From the NCBI GenBank assembly GCA_038087875.1, contig JAXLNO010000350.1:248001-312000 (forward strand): DNA of 64,000 nucleotides. Direction: 5' to 3'. Position numbers and translations under genes: made by a program. Within the stretch, counting starts at the first letter, position 1. Each line of letters starts with the position of its first letter. The notes beneath the pieces were generated by a model. That model saw only the letters and a program-made list of their open reading frames with translations, was not told where the DNA came from and did not search any database. This DNA is from Malacoraja senta (lineage: Eukaryota). Positions 1 to 13,045 of this stretch are shown here, piece after piece.

Positions 1-1319
1 GGTATGGCTGTTACTATCAAAGCTGCAAACGTTACTATTTCTGGATAAGTAGGGATGATGGGGAATTATAGACCAGTTATCCTGACATCTGTGATGGGGA
101 AGATGCTGGAGTCAATTATTAAAGAAGTAATAATGGCTAATTTGGATAGCAATAAAAGGATTGGTCCAAGTCAGCATGGATTTATGAAGGGACAAGGAAA
201 ATGGATGAAGGAGAGCCAGTGGATGTAGTGTATCTGGACTTTCAGAAAGCCTTTGATAAGGCCCCATATAGGAGATTAGTGGGCAAAATTAGAGCACATG
301 GTATTGGAGGTAGGGTATTGACATGGATTGAGAAATGGTTGGCAGACAGGAAACAAAGAGTAGGAATAAACGGGTCCCTGTCAGAATGGCAGGCAGTGGT
401 GAGTGGAGTGCCGCAAGGCTCGGTGCTGGGGCCACAACTATTTACAATATATATTAATGATTTAGATGATGGAATTGAAAGTAACACTAGCAAATTTGCA
501 GATGACACAAAGCTAGGTGGCAGTGGGAACTGCGAAGAGGATGCTAGGAGGTTGCAGGGTAACTTGGACGGGTTACGTGAGTGGGCAGATGCATGGAGAT
601 GTAGTATCATGTAAATCAACGTGAGGTTATCCACTTTGGCGGCAAGAACAACGAGGCAGATTCTTATCTCAATGGTGTCAGATTAGGAAAAAGGGAAGTG
701 CAACGAGACCTGGGTGTTCTTGTACACCAGTCACTGAAAGTAGACATGCAGGTACAGCAGACAGTGAAGAAAGCTAATGGCATGTTGGCCTTCATAACGA
801 GAGGATTTGAGTATAGGAGGTTCTTCTGCAGTTGTACAGGCCCCTGGTGAGACCACATCTGGAGTATTGCGTGCAGTTTTAGTCTCCTAATTTGAGGAAG
901 GACATTCTTGCTATTGAGGCAGTGCAGCGTAGGTTCACGAGGTTAATCCTAGGGATGGCGGGACTGTCATATGTGGAAAGAGTGGGCTTGTATTCACTAG
1001 AGGTTATGATGAAAGGGTGATCTTATGGAAACACATTAAATTATAAAAGGACTGGACAAGCTGGATGCAGGAAAAATGTTCCCAATGTTTGTGAAGTTGG
1101 GAACCAGGGGCCACTATCATTAATATAAAGGGGAGGCAGGGCTCTCACTTAACTTTTTTTCTCTGTTGCCAGCCGGGCAACCTTGACAGCTTTTTATGTT
1201 GCCAAATGACAGTTTAGGTGGCCATTTAAGACGGTTTGCATGACGCGTGCGATAATCTGCTCGGACAAAGTGTGTAGTTACCAGTCGGAATTATGCTCAA
1301 TGAAGCATTCACATATTAT

Positions 1320-1537
1320 GTTCAAGAAGGAACTGCAGATGCTGGAAAATCGAAGGTAGACAAAAGTGCTGGAGAAACTCAGCGGGTGCAGCAGCATCTA
1401 TGGAGCGAAGGAAATAGGCAACATTTCAGGCCGAAACCCATCAGTCTGAAGAAGGGTTTTAGCCCGATAAGTTGCCTATTTCCTTCGCCCCATAGATGCT
1501 GCCGCATCCGCTGAGTTTCTCTAGCACTTTTGCCTAC
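1320..1537. mobile_element. Inverted pair of Penelope-like terminal fragments
   Basis: Inverted arms of ~85 bp flanked by the duplicated ATTCACATATTAT. Empty site near 58315; paralog at ~20226-20442. Confidence 0.7.
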
Positions 1538-2339
1538 ATTCACATATTATTTCTGCTTCAAATAACTCACAAACTAAACATATTCACCAATCAAGACATG
1601 ATATATACCACAATGACGCAGCAAAATTATAATACAATATCTCAACTCTTTTTACACATTGCAATTAATGCAATTTCTATTAGTTCTTTCCACTTCCAAA
1701 CAAAAATGTGGTTGGATTATTCAGCATATGATCAACCTGTGTCAATAAATCCTGGACCATGGTAACATATATGCTTAACCATGCACACTACAGATTGATG
1801 CAAGCATGTTCTCTGTGAAAGACCGAAAATTATCATGACATGGCCTTAGCAAGGGTCGTTATTGCTATTGGTACAGAAACACTCTCGCTTCCCACATAAT
1901 TTATCCATAACAAAATATACAGGTTGCAAGGAAATTTCTAAAGGCATTTTATGATGATAGCTGTTAAAACCGACTACACCCATCTGTCAGGTTAAACATT
2001 ACACTAACTGACAAGAGATGGCCAAAGTACATAACTGCACGAAATGTTCTTTTGGTAATATGTTTAAAGGTGTCAAAAAAAATAATAACATTGGGATTGC
2101 ATTCCGTTATCAAACATAGTTAATGTTCGCTCTGAAGACCATGAAGCACAATAGGGTCAGGGAGGGTGTGTGTGTGTGAATCAATGCGGGGTGGATAGAT
2201 GGCGGGGGGGGGGGGTGGGAGAGGGTTGAGAAGGCAATCGGTGCGGAATGGATGGATTGAGGCAGGTGAATTAGTACATGTTGGTTGTAGTATGGCAAAT
2301 TATGAGGGGAGAGCACGGGGGATGTCAGTGGTGTTGAAT

Positions 2340-2930
2340 GGGGGGTTCAGTACGGGATGGATGGGGGGGTCAGTACAGGATGAATGGGGGGTCAGTACAG
2401 GATGAATGGTGGTAGACAAAAATGCTGCAGAAACTCAGCGGGTGAGACACCATCTATGGAGTGAAGGAAATAGGCAACGATTCTGGTCGAGACCCTTCTT
2501 CAGACTGTTCCCCCCATTCTTGAATGGGGGGGTCAGTACAGGATGAATGGGGGGGGGGTGGGGGTCAGGACAGTGTGGATCGGAGGGTCTGTGCAGGATG
2601 AATGGGGGATCACTACAGGATGAATATGGGGATCAGTATAGGATGAATGGGGGACCAGTATGGGATGAATGAGGGGATCAGTATAGGATGCATGAGGGGA
2701 TCAGTACAGGATGCATGAGGGGATCAGTACAGGATGAATGGGGAATCAGTAAAAGATGAATGGGGAGATCACTACAGGATGGATGAGGGATTGTTGCAGG
2801 GTAAATGGAGGGTGGGTCAGTACGGGATAAATGGGAGGATCAGTGCAGTATGAATGTGGGGAGAAGTGCAGGATGAATGGGAAGGGGGGTTAGTACAGGA
2901 TGAATTGGGGGACCGGTGTAGGATGGATGG
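2340..2930 (+). repeat. ~21-bp minisatellite (CAGTACAGGATGAATGGGGGG)n
   Basis: Many imperfect tandem copies. The paralog at 21270-21628 runs into the gap. Confidence 0.85.
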
Positions 2931-4254
2931 GGGGGTGGCAGGAGAATCAATGCCAGGTGGGTAGGGTGATGAATAGATTGGGGGGGGGGGTAGATGGGGA
3001 GGGGAGCACAGGGGATGTCAGTGAGGACTGAATAGAGGACGGAATGGGGATTAGAGCGGGATGGAGAGGAGGGGTCCCATGATAAGAGGGGTGGAGGGGG
3101 GCGTACAAGAGAGAGGGAGGGGGAAGGGAAGGGGCAGAGGAGGTGGGGAGAAAGGAAGGTCAGCGCTCCTCGGACAACATCACCCCGTTGCCTTGGCCGT
3201 CCCTGTCCAACGCCAAAGTGCCGCCGCCAAAGGGGGTGGCGGTTGGGACTCCTCGCCACTGCCTCCCCTCCTCCGCCAGCCAACAGCAAGGTGCAGGGCC
3301 GAGCGGTGCAGCTCAAAGATCCTATAGCTATAGGAACTGTCGTGCAGCTGCTTCAGACGGCGGAAGGAGGCCCCCCCGTTATCAGGGTGATAGCGGCCGC
3401 TGCTTGAAAATCCGCCAACGCCGCTTTCAAAACAACCCCTCTCGCACGCCGAGGCCGGGAGGAGGGAGAGAGAGAGAGGGAGGCCTCCTTCCGCCTGGCG
3501 GGGTGCGGGAGGAGGAGGCGGTGGAGCCGCTGCTGCCGCTGTTCGGGGCCCATCATTCGCTCTGACCCTTCGTCACAACGCACCTAGTATCTTTGCCCCG
3601 CACAGCCGCCACCGACATGAAACGTCACGTTCTTATTCTCCAGAGATGCTGCCTGACCCGCGGAGTTACTCCAGTTTTTTGTGTCTATCGCTATAAACCA
3701 GTATTTGATTGCCAAGCCGGGCAAAATGACTCGGTGTTTAGGTTGCCCGGCGGCACTTTGGGTGGTCAATGGCACCCAGGCAACCGCTAATTTCGAGCCC
3801 TGGGAACTCATATGAGCAAAAAAAAATCACAAAATATTTGTGAATTTGTGGACTTCTCTGCCACAGAAGGCAGTGGAGGTTAATTCACTGGATGAATTGA
3901 AAAGAGAGTTAGATATAGCTCTTGGGAATAGTGGAATCATGGGAGATGGGGAGAAGGCAGACATGGGTTACTGATTGTGTATAATCAGCCATGATCACAA
4001 TGAAAGGCGCTGGAACGAAGGTCCAAATGGCCTCCTCCTGCACCTATTTTCTATGTTTCTATGCCCCATCTACACCATTTACTCTATTCCCCTCTACATT
4101 TTATGCACGTAGGGCTTTTATGCAATAGCATTGGTGTTATTAATTTTGTTTATTGCATGGTATCTATGTATATAGTGTTAATAGGCCTGTAAATCTGCAC
4201 TGTAAAAATGTAATTGTTCCTCTGTCGGTACATATGACATCAAAAGAAAGATAG

Positions 4255-5020
4255 CTGAATGGATAGAAAATTGGCTTCAAGGAAGAAAGCAGAGGGTGAT
4301 GGTGGAAGGTTGCTTTTCGGACTGGAGGCCTGTTACTAATGGTGTGCCTCAGGGTTCGGTGCTGGGCCCGTTACTGTTTGTGCTCTACCGATGATTTGGA
4401 TGAGAACATACAGGGCAAGATTAGCAAGTTTGCTGATGATACAAAAGTGGGTAGTCTTGCAGATAGTGAAGATGATTGGAAAAAATTGCAGCAGGATCTG
4501 GATCGATTGGCCAGGTGGGCTGAAGAATGGTTGATGGAATTTAATACATAGAAATGTGAGGTGTTGCATTTTGGGAAGTCTAACACGGGCAGGACCTACA
4601 CAGTGAATGGTAGGCCCCTGGGTAGTGTTGTAGAGCAGAGGGATCTAGGAGTACAGGAACATAATTCATTGAAAGTGGCATCACAGGTAAATAAGGTGGT
4701 CAAAAAGGCTTTTGGCACATTGGCCTTTATCAGTCAGAGTGTTGAATATAGAAGTTGGGCGGTCATGTTGCAGTTGAAATAGACGTTGGTGAGGCCACGT
4801 GTAGAGTTTTATGTTCAATTTTGGTCGCTATGTTTTAGGGAAGATGTCGTCAAGCTGCAAATGACACTGAAGATTTACGAGTATGTTGCCAGGACTAGAG
4901 GGTCTGAACTATAGGGAGAGTTGTGTAGGTTTGGACTCTATTCCTTGGAGCGCAGGAGGATGAGGGGTGATGAGTAAAATCATGAGAGGATTAGATCGGG
5001 TAGATGCATAGTCTCTTGCC
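4255..5020 (+). mobile_element. CR1 LINE fragment
   Basis: KFADDTK and HFGKSN motifs. Paralog at 41175-41838. Confidence 0.85.
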
Positions 5021-5234
5021 CACTCTACCTATTATTGTGGATAATTGGCCTAAACGTCACGTGTGGGTGAGATGCCTGCTGATATGTAAACATATTACAG
5101 AACAGGAGATAAAAGTTCAGTGTGTCTATATACCATAAACCATATATATACACAATAAATAAACAGATCAAATGCAATAGGCTGTTATTTTTCAGAGTTT
5201 GGAGTTTGGTGGTGGTGGGTCCACCAGTTTAAAT

Positions 5235-5768
5235 TCCATTTGGAATATTTTTGGAGGGCCAGGAAACCTAGAAGCAAGAGTTACTCCGGGGAGTTACTCC
5301 AGCTCCAGGCAGTGAATCTGCGTTGGTTTTCAGCGGTCGCGGTGAGGCGGCAACCGGACAGCAATGTCAGCCAGATCTCCCACAATGCAAATGGTGGGAG
5401 AAAATGGCTGACGCCAACCAGTTGCCGTGGCAGTGCGTATGTGCAGGGCAGCACATGCGCACAACCATGGCCGATGATGTGCTGGCCATGGTTGTGCGCA
5501 TGTGCAGGGGGAGGATGTGCAGGCCGTGGCAGTGCGCATGTATAAGGCGGCCTACCATGCCGACCAGAGACCCGAGACCCGGACACGGATGGCGGGCGGA
5601 GACGGAGAGTGACAGAGAGAGAGAGAGATAGAGAGGGGGCCCGCTCAGAATTAAATGATAGGTGCCCCGGGTGCTTGGCAAGCCGGGGAAAATGGCATGG
5701 CATTTAGGTTGCCCCGCGGGACTGTAGATTGCCATTGGCACCCGGGCAACCGCTAATTTCGAGCCCTG
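5235..5768 (+). mobile_element. Right-end fragment of the CAGGGCTC hAT-like family
   Basis: Ends in GGCAACCGCTAATTTCGAGCCCTG. Homologous to 25655-26205 and 61125-61683. Confidence 0.7.
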
Positions 5769-6381
5769 AACAGAGTTTTATCGTCACGGCAATGTGTGAG
5801 ATTAGATGGCAGAGGTTGGGCATATTTTAAAGATGTCATCATTTGTGGGGTTGTGGGTGGTGATGGTGTCATTGGATTTATGATCCTTCAGACATCAGAG
5901 ATGCTGCCTGTCTTCGGTTTCAGTTCAGTTTAGTTTATTGTCACGTGTACTGAGGTACAGTGAAAAGCTTGGTCTGTCTCCCAGACGAGACGGAGGATCA
6001 ACCAGACGGAGGAGCCCCTCTCCCAGATGGAGCAAGTCTCCCAGACGCAAGAGGCAATCACAGCCCGCATCACAAGTTAATGTGGTGGAGGAACCTGCTC
6101 ACATCGTGCCAAGCCACACTCACACACAACAGAAATACAACACAGAACGAGTCGGAAATACGACTCGCACGAGAAGTGGCCGATTGTCAATACCCCCAAC
6201 TCGACTTGTTATGTAAAATAGTTAGGCAATGATTTTGCAGTTTTGTAGTATAATGTTCAAAGTATAAAGAGGACTGTGTTTATTGTAGGTAGACAAAATT
6301 GCTGGAGAAACTCAGCGGGTGAGGCAGCATCTATGGAGCGAAGGAATAGGTGACGTCTCGGGTCGAGACCCTTCTTCAGAC

Positions 6382-6744
6382 CAAAGATCACTCCTTCTAA
6401 ATGCAATGGGCTGACGTGTAGTACGCAACGGAGCGGAACGTGGGCCTTTTTTTCATCCATTTCAGTAACCCGACTCGCAGTGTAATCAACGTTGCGGGGG
6501 AACAGTTTGTGTTAATAAATTATAATTCTGAAAATGAGGAAAAGATTTTTCCCAAATAACTTTTATTTTTATGAGAATGTTTCCGTAACCGGCTTCCGTC
6601 TCCGCACTAGTATCCTATGGGATCTTTGGTGCAGAGACGGAAGCCGGTTACGGAAATGGGGCCGAAAATTACCCATGAATCTGCCCATGACCATACTATG
6701 TCTTTTTCATCGAGTGATCTATCTTGCTTGCTATAGGATCTTTG
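6382..6744. mobile_element. hAT-type MITE with 8-bp TSD
   Basis: TIR CAAAGATC...GATCTTTG. CTTCAGAC is duplicated at 6374-6381 and 6745-6752, inside a Penelope fragment (~6288-6910, minus strand). Confidence 0.85.
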
Positions 6745-6909
6745 CTTCAGACTGATGTGGAGGTGAGAGGGGAGGTGGGGGGGGGGAAGGAAAGGAAGAG
6801 GCGGAGACAGTAGGCTGTGGGAGAGCTGGAAAGGGGTGGAGAAGGAGGGAGAAAGCAGGGACTACCTGAAATTAGAGAAGTCAATGTTCATACCGCTGGG
6901 GTGTAAACT

Positions 6910-7720
6910 GTGAAAGAGTCAATAGCTATTATATCGTTTGCTGCCATATTTAATCCTTTCTGTAATGAAAGAGCTAATTGCTATTGCATTGCCTTCAGGG
7001 ATGCTTGACCGAAGAGTATTGTTTTTTTTAAGACAAGCTTCTAAGTTGAAGAGTTCAATCAGATAAGGGGCCAGCTAGGGGAAGACACCAACGAGCACAG
7101 AAAAACAGCTCATGGGGAATCTATTTCTGCTATTAGGAAAGTACTTGGAAAGAGATTTTGCTACTGGGAAAGTAGTCGGCAATTGGCTCCGCAATCTAAA
7201 AACGTTTGTCGTTCACAAAGTAGCCGGGCTGAGAAGAGATTCGTGGCCATGGGGAATAATCTGGACAAAAATGACGGGGGAACGCCCGTCCAACATGTGT
7301 AATTTGAATCCTAAAAGTAACAAAGACTATAGAATATTAAGTTATAAGCTAACCAAACATTTGGGAGAAGAATCTTGGCCAGTCGTAGGAACATGGAATG
7401 TTGAAACTGTTAAAAAGGCAGAAAAGATGAAAAAGGATGGTATACCTAATAATTAAGGATGGAAAGCGAAGGCAGAGAAGAAGAACGAGGAGAGTAGTGA
7501 TTGGAGTTGGATGGATAATACATGTAAGAAAGGGAGAGAGTTAAGGAACAAGGATGGCACTATGAAAGGATGGAAAGTGTAGCAGCTAGAATGCCAGTGG
7601 ACAGAGGAACAAGAGAAAAGAACTAAGGGACAGGCTGAAGGTAAAACACAGGTGATGGTTAATAAAAAATACCCAGTTTGATCAAAGATTGGCGTGGTTT
7701 ACCTTTAACAATTTTGTTAA
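6910..7720 (+). mobile_element. Possible ERV leader/gag fragment
   Basis: ORF starting MGN with a WPVVGTW motif reminiscent of retroviral matrix. Paralog at 43500-44368 plus 53890-53965. Confidence 0.35.
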
Positions 7721-8094
7721 AGGTAAACCACCCACCTCTCACCCCCTCCCCTCACTTCCACCATCCTCATCCCCCTTCCCCACTTGCCTCCTCACCATCT
7801 CACCCTCTTTACCGCCTCCCTTCTCCCCCTCACTCTCACACCATCTCCCCCCTCACTCCCCCCGCTCCCCTCTGCCCTCCCCCCCTTCAAGCACTAGTAA
7901 TGTTCACGCGTTAGTAATGTCCTGTTTGCCAGCTTGTTGACCCTCTGTGTTCCCATCCTGCAGGGTTTAGGATCCGTTGCTGTGGACGGGGACGTGAGCG
8001 CCCATTGAGGACGGACAGGGTGCCGGTGAGCCACCCCCCCCCCCCCCACCCATCTGCTCGGTGTGCGGGCTGAGCTTCGAGGGGCTGAGCTTCG

Positions 8095-9740
8095 ATGGAG
8101 GACCACATGACGGGGCACAACAAGGAGAAGTGTTATAAGTGCGATGTGTGTGCCAAGGCCTGCCGGTGCCTGAGCGAACTGGAGATCCACCGGCGGGTGC
8201 ACACGGGGGAACGCCCCTTCGACTGCTTGGAGTGCGGCAAGAGCTTCAAGTCGGCGCCGGACCTGAAGATCCACCGGCAGTTGCACACGGGCGAGAAGCC
8301 CTATGGCTGCTCCACCTGCGGCAAGAGGTTTGCCTGGTTGTCGGGGCTGCGGGCTCACCGGCCGGTGCACAGCAGTGAGCGGCCCTTCACCTGCTCTGAC
8401 TGCGGCAAAGGCTTCAAGTCATCCATGAACCTGAAGCAGCACAGGCACCTGCACACTGGGAGCGACCCTACACCTGCAGCAACTGCGGCAAGGGCTTCAC
8501 CAGCTCCAGCAAGCTGGAGGAGCACCAACGCACGCATACCGGCGAGCGCCCCTTCACCTGCGCCCAGTGCGGCAAGGGCTTCACCAGCTCCTATAACCTG
8601 CTGTCCCACCAGCGGGTGCACTCCGACAAGAGGCCCTTTGTCTGCTCCGACTGCGGCAAGGACTTCAAGTGGGGGAACAAGCTGAAGATCCACCGGCAGT
8701 TGCACACGGGCGAGACGCCCTATGGCTGCTCCACCTGTGGCAAGAGCTTTGCCCAGTTGTCAAAGCTACGGCAGCATCAGCAGGTGCACAGCAGTGAGCG
8801 GCCCTTCACCTGCTCCGACTGCGGCAAAGGCTTCAAGACGTCTATGACCCTAAAGCAGCACCAGCGCCTGCACAGCAGTGAGCGGCCCTACACCTGCAGC
8901 GACTGTGGCGAGGGCTTCATCGACTCCAGCAAGCTGGTGGTGCACCAGTGTACCCACACCGGCGAACACCCCTTCACCTGCACCCAGTGCGGCAAGGGCT
9001 TCACCCAGTCCAGCAGCCTGCTGTACCACCAGCGCACCCACACCGGCGAACGCCCCTTCACCTGCACCCAGTGCGGCAAATGCTTCACCTCCTCCAGCCA
9101 TCTGCTGTACCACCAGCGTACTCACACCGGCGAACGCCCCTTCACCTGTACCCAGTGCGGCAAATGCTTCACCTGCTCCAGCAGCCTGCTGAGGCACCAG
9201 CGGACCCACACCGGCGAGCGCCCCGTCACCTGCACCCAGTGCGGCAAATGCTTCACCTCCTCCAGCAGCCTGCTGTACCACCAGCGTACCCATACCGGTG
9301 AGCGTCCCTACATCTGCAACCAGTGCGGCAAGCGCTTCACCCGCTCCCACGGCCTGCTGTACCACCAGCGCACTCACACCGGCGAACGCCCCTACACCTG
9401 CACCCAGTGCGGCAAGGGCTTCGCCGGCTCCAGCAGCCTGCTGGTGCACCAGCGTATCCACACCGGCGAACGCCCCTAGACCTGCACCCACTGCGGTAAG
9501 CGCTTCACCCACTCCGCCAGCCTGCTGTACCACCAGCGGGTGCAAGACTGCGAGCGTCCAGTCCCTAGCCCGGTGAGCGGAGAGAGCTTTGCCATGGCCT
9601 CCCATGCCCTGTCTCAGCAGCACGTGCACACCAGTGGCCAGCCCTACGACTGCCCGTACTGTGGTGAGACGTTTGACAGCTCACGGAGTTTGCGGCAGCA
9701 CCGTCGGACTCACGGTGGCGAGCAGCTGCTCCCACTGTGA
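8095..9740 (+). pseudogene. Disrupted C2H2 zinc-finger paralog (copy 1)
   Basis: Same start as copy 3 (MEDHMTGHNKEKC). One-base frameshift at ~8460 in a G run, TAC>TAG stop at 9477-9479, and 3' end replaced after ~9737. Acceptor CAG ends at 7963. Confidence 0.85.
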
Positions 9741-10004
9741 CATGAGAGCAAGTCTGAATGCGCATCTATAATTCATGAGATTTTTTGTTTTTTATATATG
9801 TTAAGCTTTTATAGCTCCTTTTTTTAATGTCTATGAGTAATTACCTCGTTATATACTCAGAACAATTAGGGGTCGGTATGTAGTAGCCATTTAGCTTAAC
9901 TCAGTATGTCATAACTAGAACCAGTTGCCTTTGAATTTTATCTGCCTGTAATTACATGGGTGGGGTTTATACGTAGTCTGATGCGTGTTTGCGGCTGGGA
10001 TTAG

Positions 10005-11045
10005 AAACATAGAAAATAGGTGCAGGAGGAGGCCATTTGGCCCTTCGAGCCAGCACCTCCATTCATTGTGATAATGGCTGATCATCCCCAATCAATAACC
10101 CGTGCCTGCCTTCTCCACATATCCCTTTATTCCACTAGCTCCGAGAGCTCTATCTACCTCTCTTAAATCCATCCAGTGATTTGGCCTCCACTACCATCTG
10201 TGGCAGGGAATACCACAAATTCACAACTCTGGGTGAAAAAGTTTTTTCTCGCCTCAGTCTTAAATGGGCTCCCCTTTATTATAAGACTGTGCCCCCTGGT
10301 TCTGGACTCGCCCAACATTGGGAACATTTTTCCTGCATCTAGCTTGTCCAGTCCTTTTATAATTTTATATGTTTCTATAAGATTCCCCCCTCATCCTTCT
10401 AAACTCCAGTGAATACAAGCCTAGTCTTTTTAATCTTTCCTCATATGACAGTCCCGCCTATCACAACGATATCCTCAATCACAAGGATATCCTTCCTCAA
10501 ATTAGGAGACCAAAACTATACACAATAGTCCAGATGTGGTCTTACCAGAGCCCTTTACAACTGCAGAAGAACCTCTCTACTCCTATACTGAAATCCTCTT
10601 GTTATGAAGGCCAACATTCCATTAGCTTTCTTCACTGCCTGCTGTACCTGAACGCCAAATTTCAGTGACTGGTGTACAAGGACACCCTGGTCTCACTGCA
10701 TCTCCCCCTTACCTAACCTAACCCCATTGAGATAATAATCTGCCCCCTTGTTTTTGCTGCCAAAGTGGATAACCTCACATTTATCTATCTTATACTGCAT
10801 CTGTATACAGTAGACAATAGGTGCTGGAGTAGGCCATTCGACCCTTCGAGCCAGCACCACAATTCACTGTGATCATGGCTGATCATCTACAATCAGTACC
10901 CCGTTCCTGCCTTCTCCACATATCCCATGACTCCGCTATCTTTAAGAGCTCTATCTAACTCTCTCTTGGAAGCATCCAGAGAATCGGCCTCCACTGCTTT
11001 GAGGCAGAGAATTCCTCAGATTCACAACTCTCTGGGTAAAAAAAG
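10005..11045 (-). mobile_element. Two CR1 3'-end fragments
   Basis: Reverse complement of CR1 ORF2 C-terminus and 3' UTR with (TTTCTATG)n-like tail. Paralogs at 27535-28605 and 62685-63770. Confidence 0.85.
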
Positions 11046-11159
11046 GCGATTAACTAAAACTACCTACGACTACCCATAATTACATGGCGACCCCACTACA
11101 ATTCCACCTACGACGACAGGATTATCGATTTTCTCCATGGCAACCAATTTTTGGTCGCA

Positions 11160-13045
11160 GAACATTTTTCAACACGTTGAAAAATTTGCGGCGAGCATAC
11201 TGAGGCCGCGACTGGCTCCCCGAATGCGGGAACTCCTCGCGACCATGAAGGAGACTCACCAGAGACCACTAGCGAACATGTGGTGACCAACAGCGATCAT
11301 GTGGCGAGCGCAGAGTCTCCTGCACGCGCCTAAAAGTCACCTAAGTGGAACAGGCCCTTGAAAACCAGGTGCAACCAGCTAAGAAGACTTAACTTGAAGT
11401 TTCGGAGTGGCAGGAGTTCAATTGAAATTAAATTCGCAAATTGGTTAAGTGACAAATTGGGCAATTTATCAGCCAATATAAGCAAGGTTTGCCGTCGGGA
11501 AGCAGCGAGCTCCTTATGAGAAAAGTGCGAGTCTTTGGCTCAAAAAGAGCGAGTCTTTGGCTCAAGAGTCTTCGGCGAGGAGGCTGAGGAGAGGAGACTA
11601 GACCTAGTGGGACCCGTTGGGTCCTGTCCCCAACGCGGGGTGGGGGGGGGGATGTGGCGTCACACTGAGGAGGGAGCACTGCGCTGTAGGATGGAAGGAG
11701 GGGCAATGAAGAGGGAGCACAGCGCTGAGGGAGGGAGGAGCGGTGAGGAGAATGGGAGAGGGAGTTGGGTAGAAAGGGAGGGGGATGACGGAGAGTAAGA
11801 GGGGAAGTGGGAGAAAAAAAAGTGGGTTGAGGGGGAGAAAAGAGAGGTGGATGAGAGAGATTGGGAAGAGTTGGGTTGGGTTGGCTTGGATTGAGTCGAG
11901 TTGGCTTGGGTTAAATCGAGTTGGCTTGGGTTGAGTTGAGTTGGGTTGATTTAGGTTGGGTTGAGATGAGCTGAGTTGGGTTGATTTGGGTTGATTTGAA
12001 TTAGGTTGAGTTGAATTGGGTTGGGTTGAGTTTGTTTGGGTTGGGTTGGGTTGGGTTGAGTTTGTTTGGGTTGGGTTGATTTGAGTTGGGTTGGGTTGGC
12101 TTGAACATTTTTCAACATGTTGAAAAATTTGCGGCGAGCATACTGAGGCCGCGACTGGCTCCCTGAATGCGGGAACTCCTCGCGACCATGAAGGAGACTC
12201 ACCAGAGACCACTAGCAAACATGTGGTGACCAACAGCGATCATGTGGCGAGCGCAGAGTCTCCTGCACGCGCCTAAAAGTCACCTAAGTGGAACAGGCCC
12301 TTGAAAACCAGGTGCAACCAGCTAAGAAGACTTAACTTGAAGTTTCGGAGTGGCAGGAGTTCAATTGAAATTAAATTCGCAAATTGGTTAAGTGACAAAT
12401 TGGGCAATTTATCAGCCAATATAAGCAAGGTTTGCCGTCGGGAAGCAGCGAGCTCCTTATGAGAAAAGTGCGAGTCTTTGGCTCAAAAAGAGCGAGTCTT
12501 TGGCTCAAGAGTCTTCGGCGAGGAGGCTGAGGAGAGGAGACTAGACCTAGTGGGACCCGTTGGGTCCTGTCCCCAACGCGGGGGGTGGGGGGGGGGATGT
12601 GGCGTCACACTGAGGAGGGAGCACTGCGCTGTAGGATGGAAGGAGGGGCAATGAAGAGGGAGCACAGCGCTGAGGGAGGGAGGAGCGGTGAGGAGAATGG
12701 GAGAGGGAGTTGGGTAGAAAGGGAGGGGGATGACGGAGAGTAAGAGGGGAAGTGGGAGAAAAAAAAGTGGGTTGAGGGGGAGAAAAGAGAGGTGGATGAG
12801 AGAGATTGGGAAGAGTTGGGTTGGGTTGGCTTGGATTGAGTCGAGTTGGCTTGGGTTAAATCGAGTTGGCTTGGGTTGAGTTGAGTTGGGTTGATTTGGG
12901 TTGGGTTGAGATGAGCTGAGTTGGGTTGATTTGGGTTGATTTGAATTAGGTTGAGTTGAATTGGGTTGGGTTGAGTTTGTTTGGGTTGGGTTGGGTTGGG
13001 TTGAGTTTGTTTGGGTTGGGTTGATTTGAGTTGGGTTGGGTTGGC
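11160..13045. repeat. Near-identical 943-bp tandem duplication
   Basis: 11160-12102 repeats at 12103-13045 (for example CTAG at 11598 and 12541). Single copy in unit 2 (~28720-29570). Confidence 0.92.

Larger units (their letters stand above)
1137..3802 (+). mobile_element. Non-autonomous hAT-like DNA transposon
   Basis: Termini CAGGGCTC...GAGCCCTG with subterminal GGCAACC/GGTTGCC motifs. Absent at the paralogous site ~40705; left part repeated from 20043. Confidence 0.75.
55..4060 (+). mobile_element. Degenerate CR1 LINE 3' half, split by a hAT-like insertion at 1137-3802
   Basis: RT motifs ([22 protein letters not shown]). The CR1 sequence resumes at 3803; an uninterrupted paralog lies at 39578-40970. 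Confidence 0.9.

Noticed and set aside
11870..12100. Interstitial telomere repeat
   Set aside because: The unit is a degenerate pentamer (TTGGG/TTGAG), not TTAGGG.
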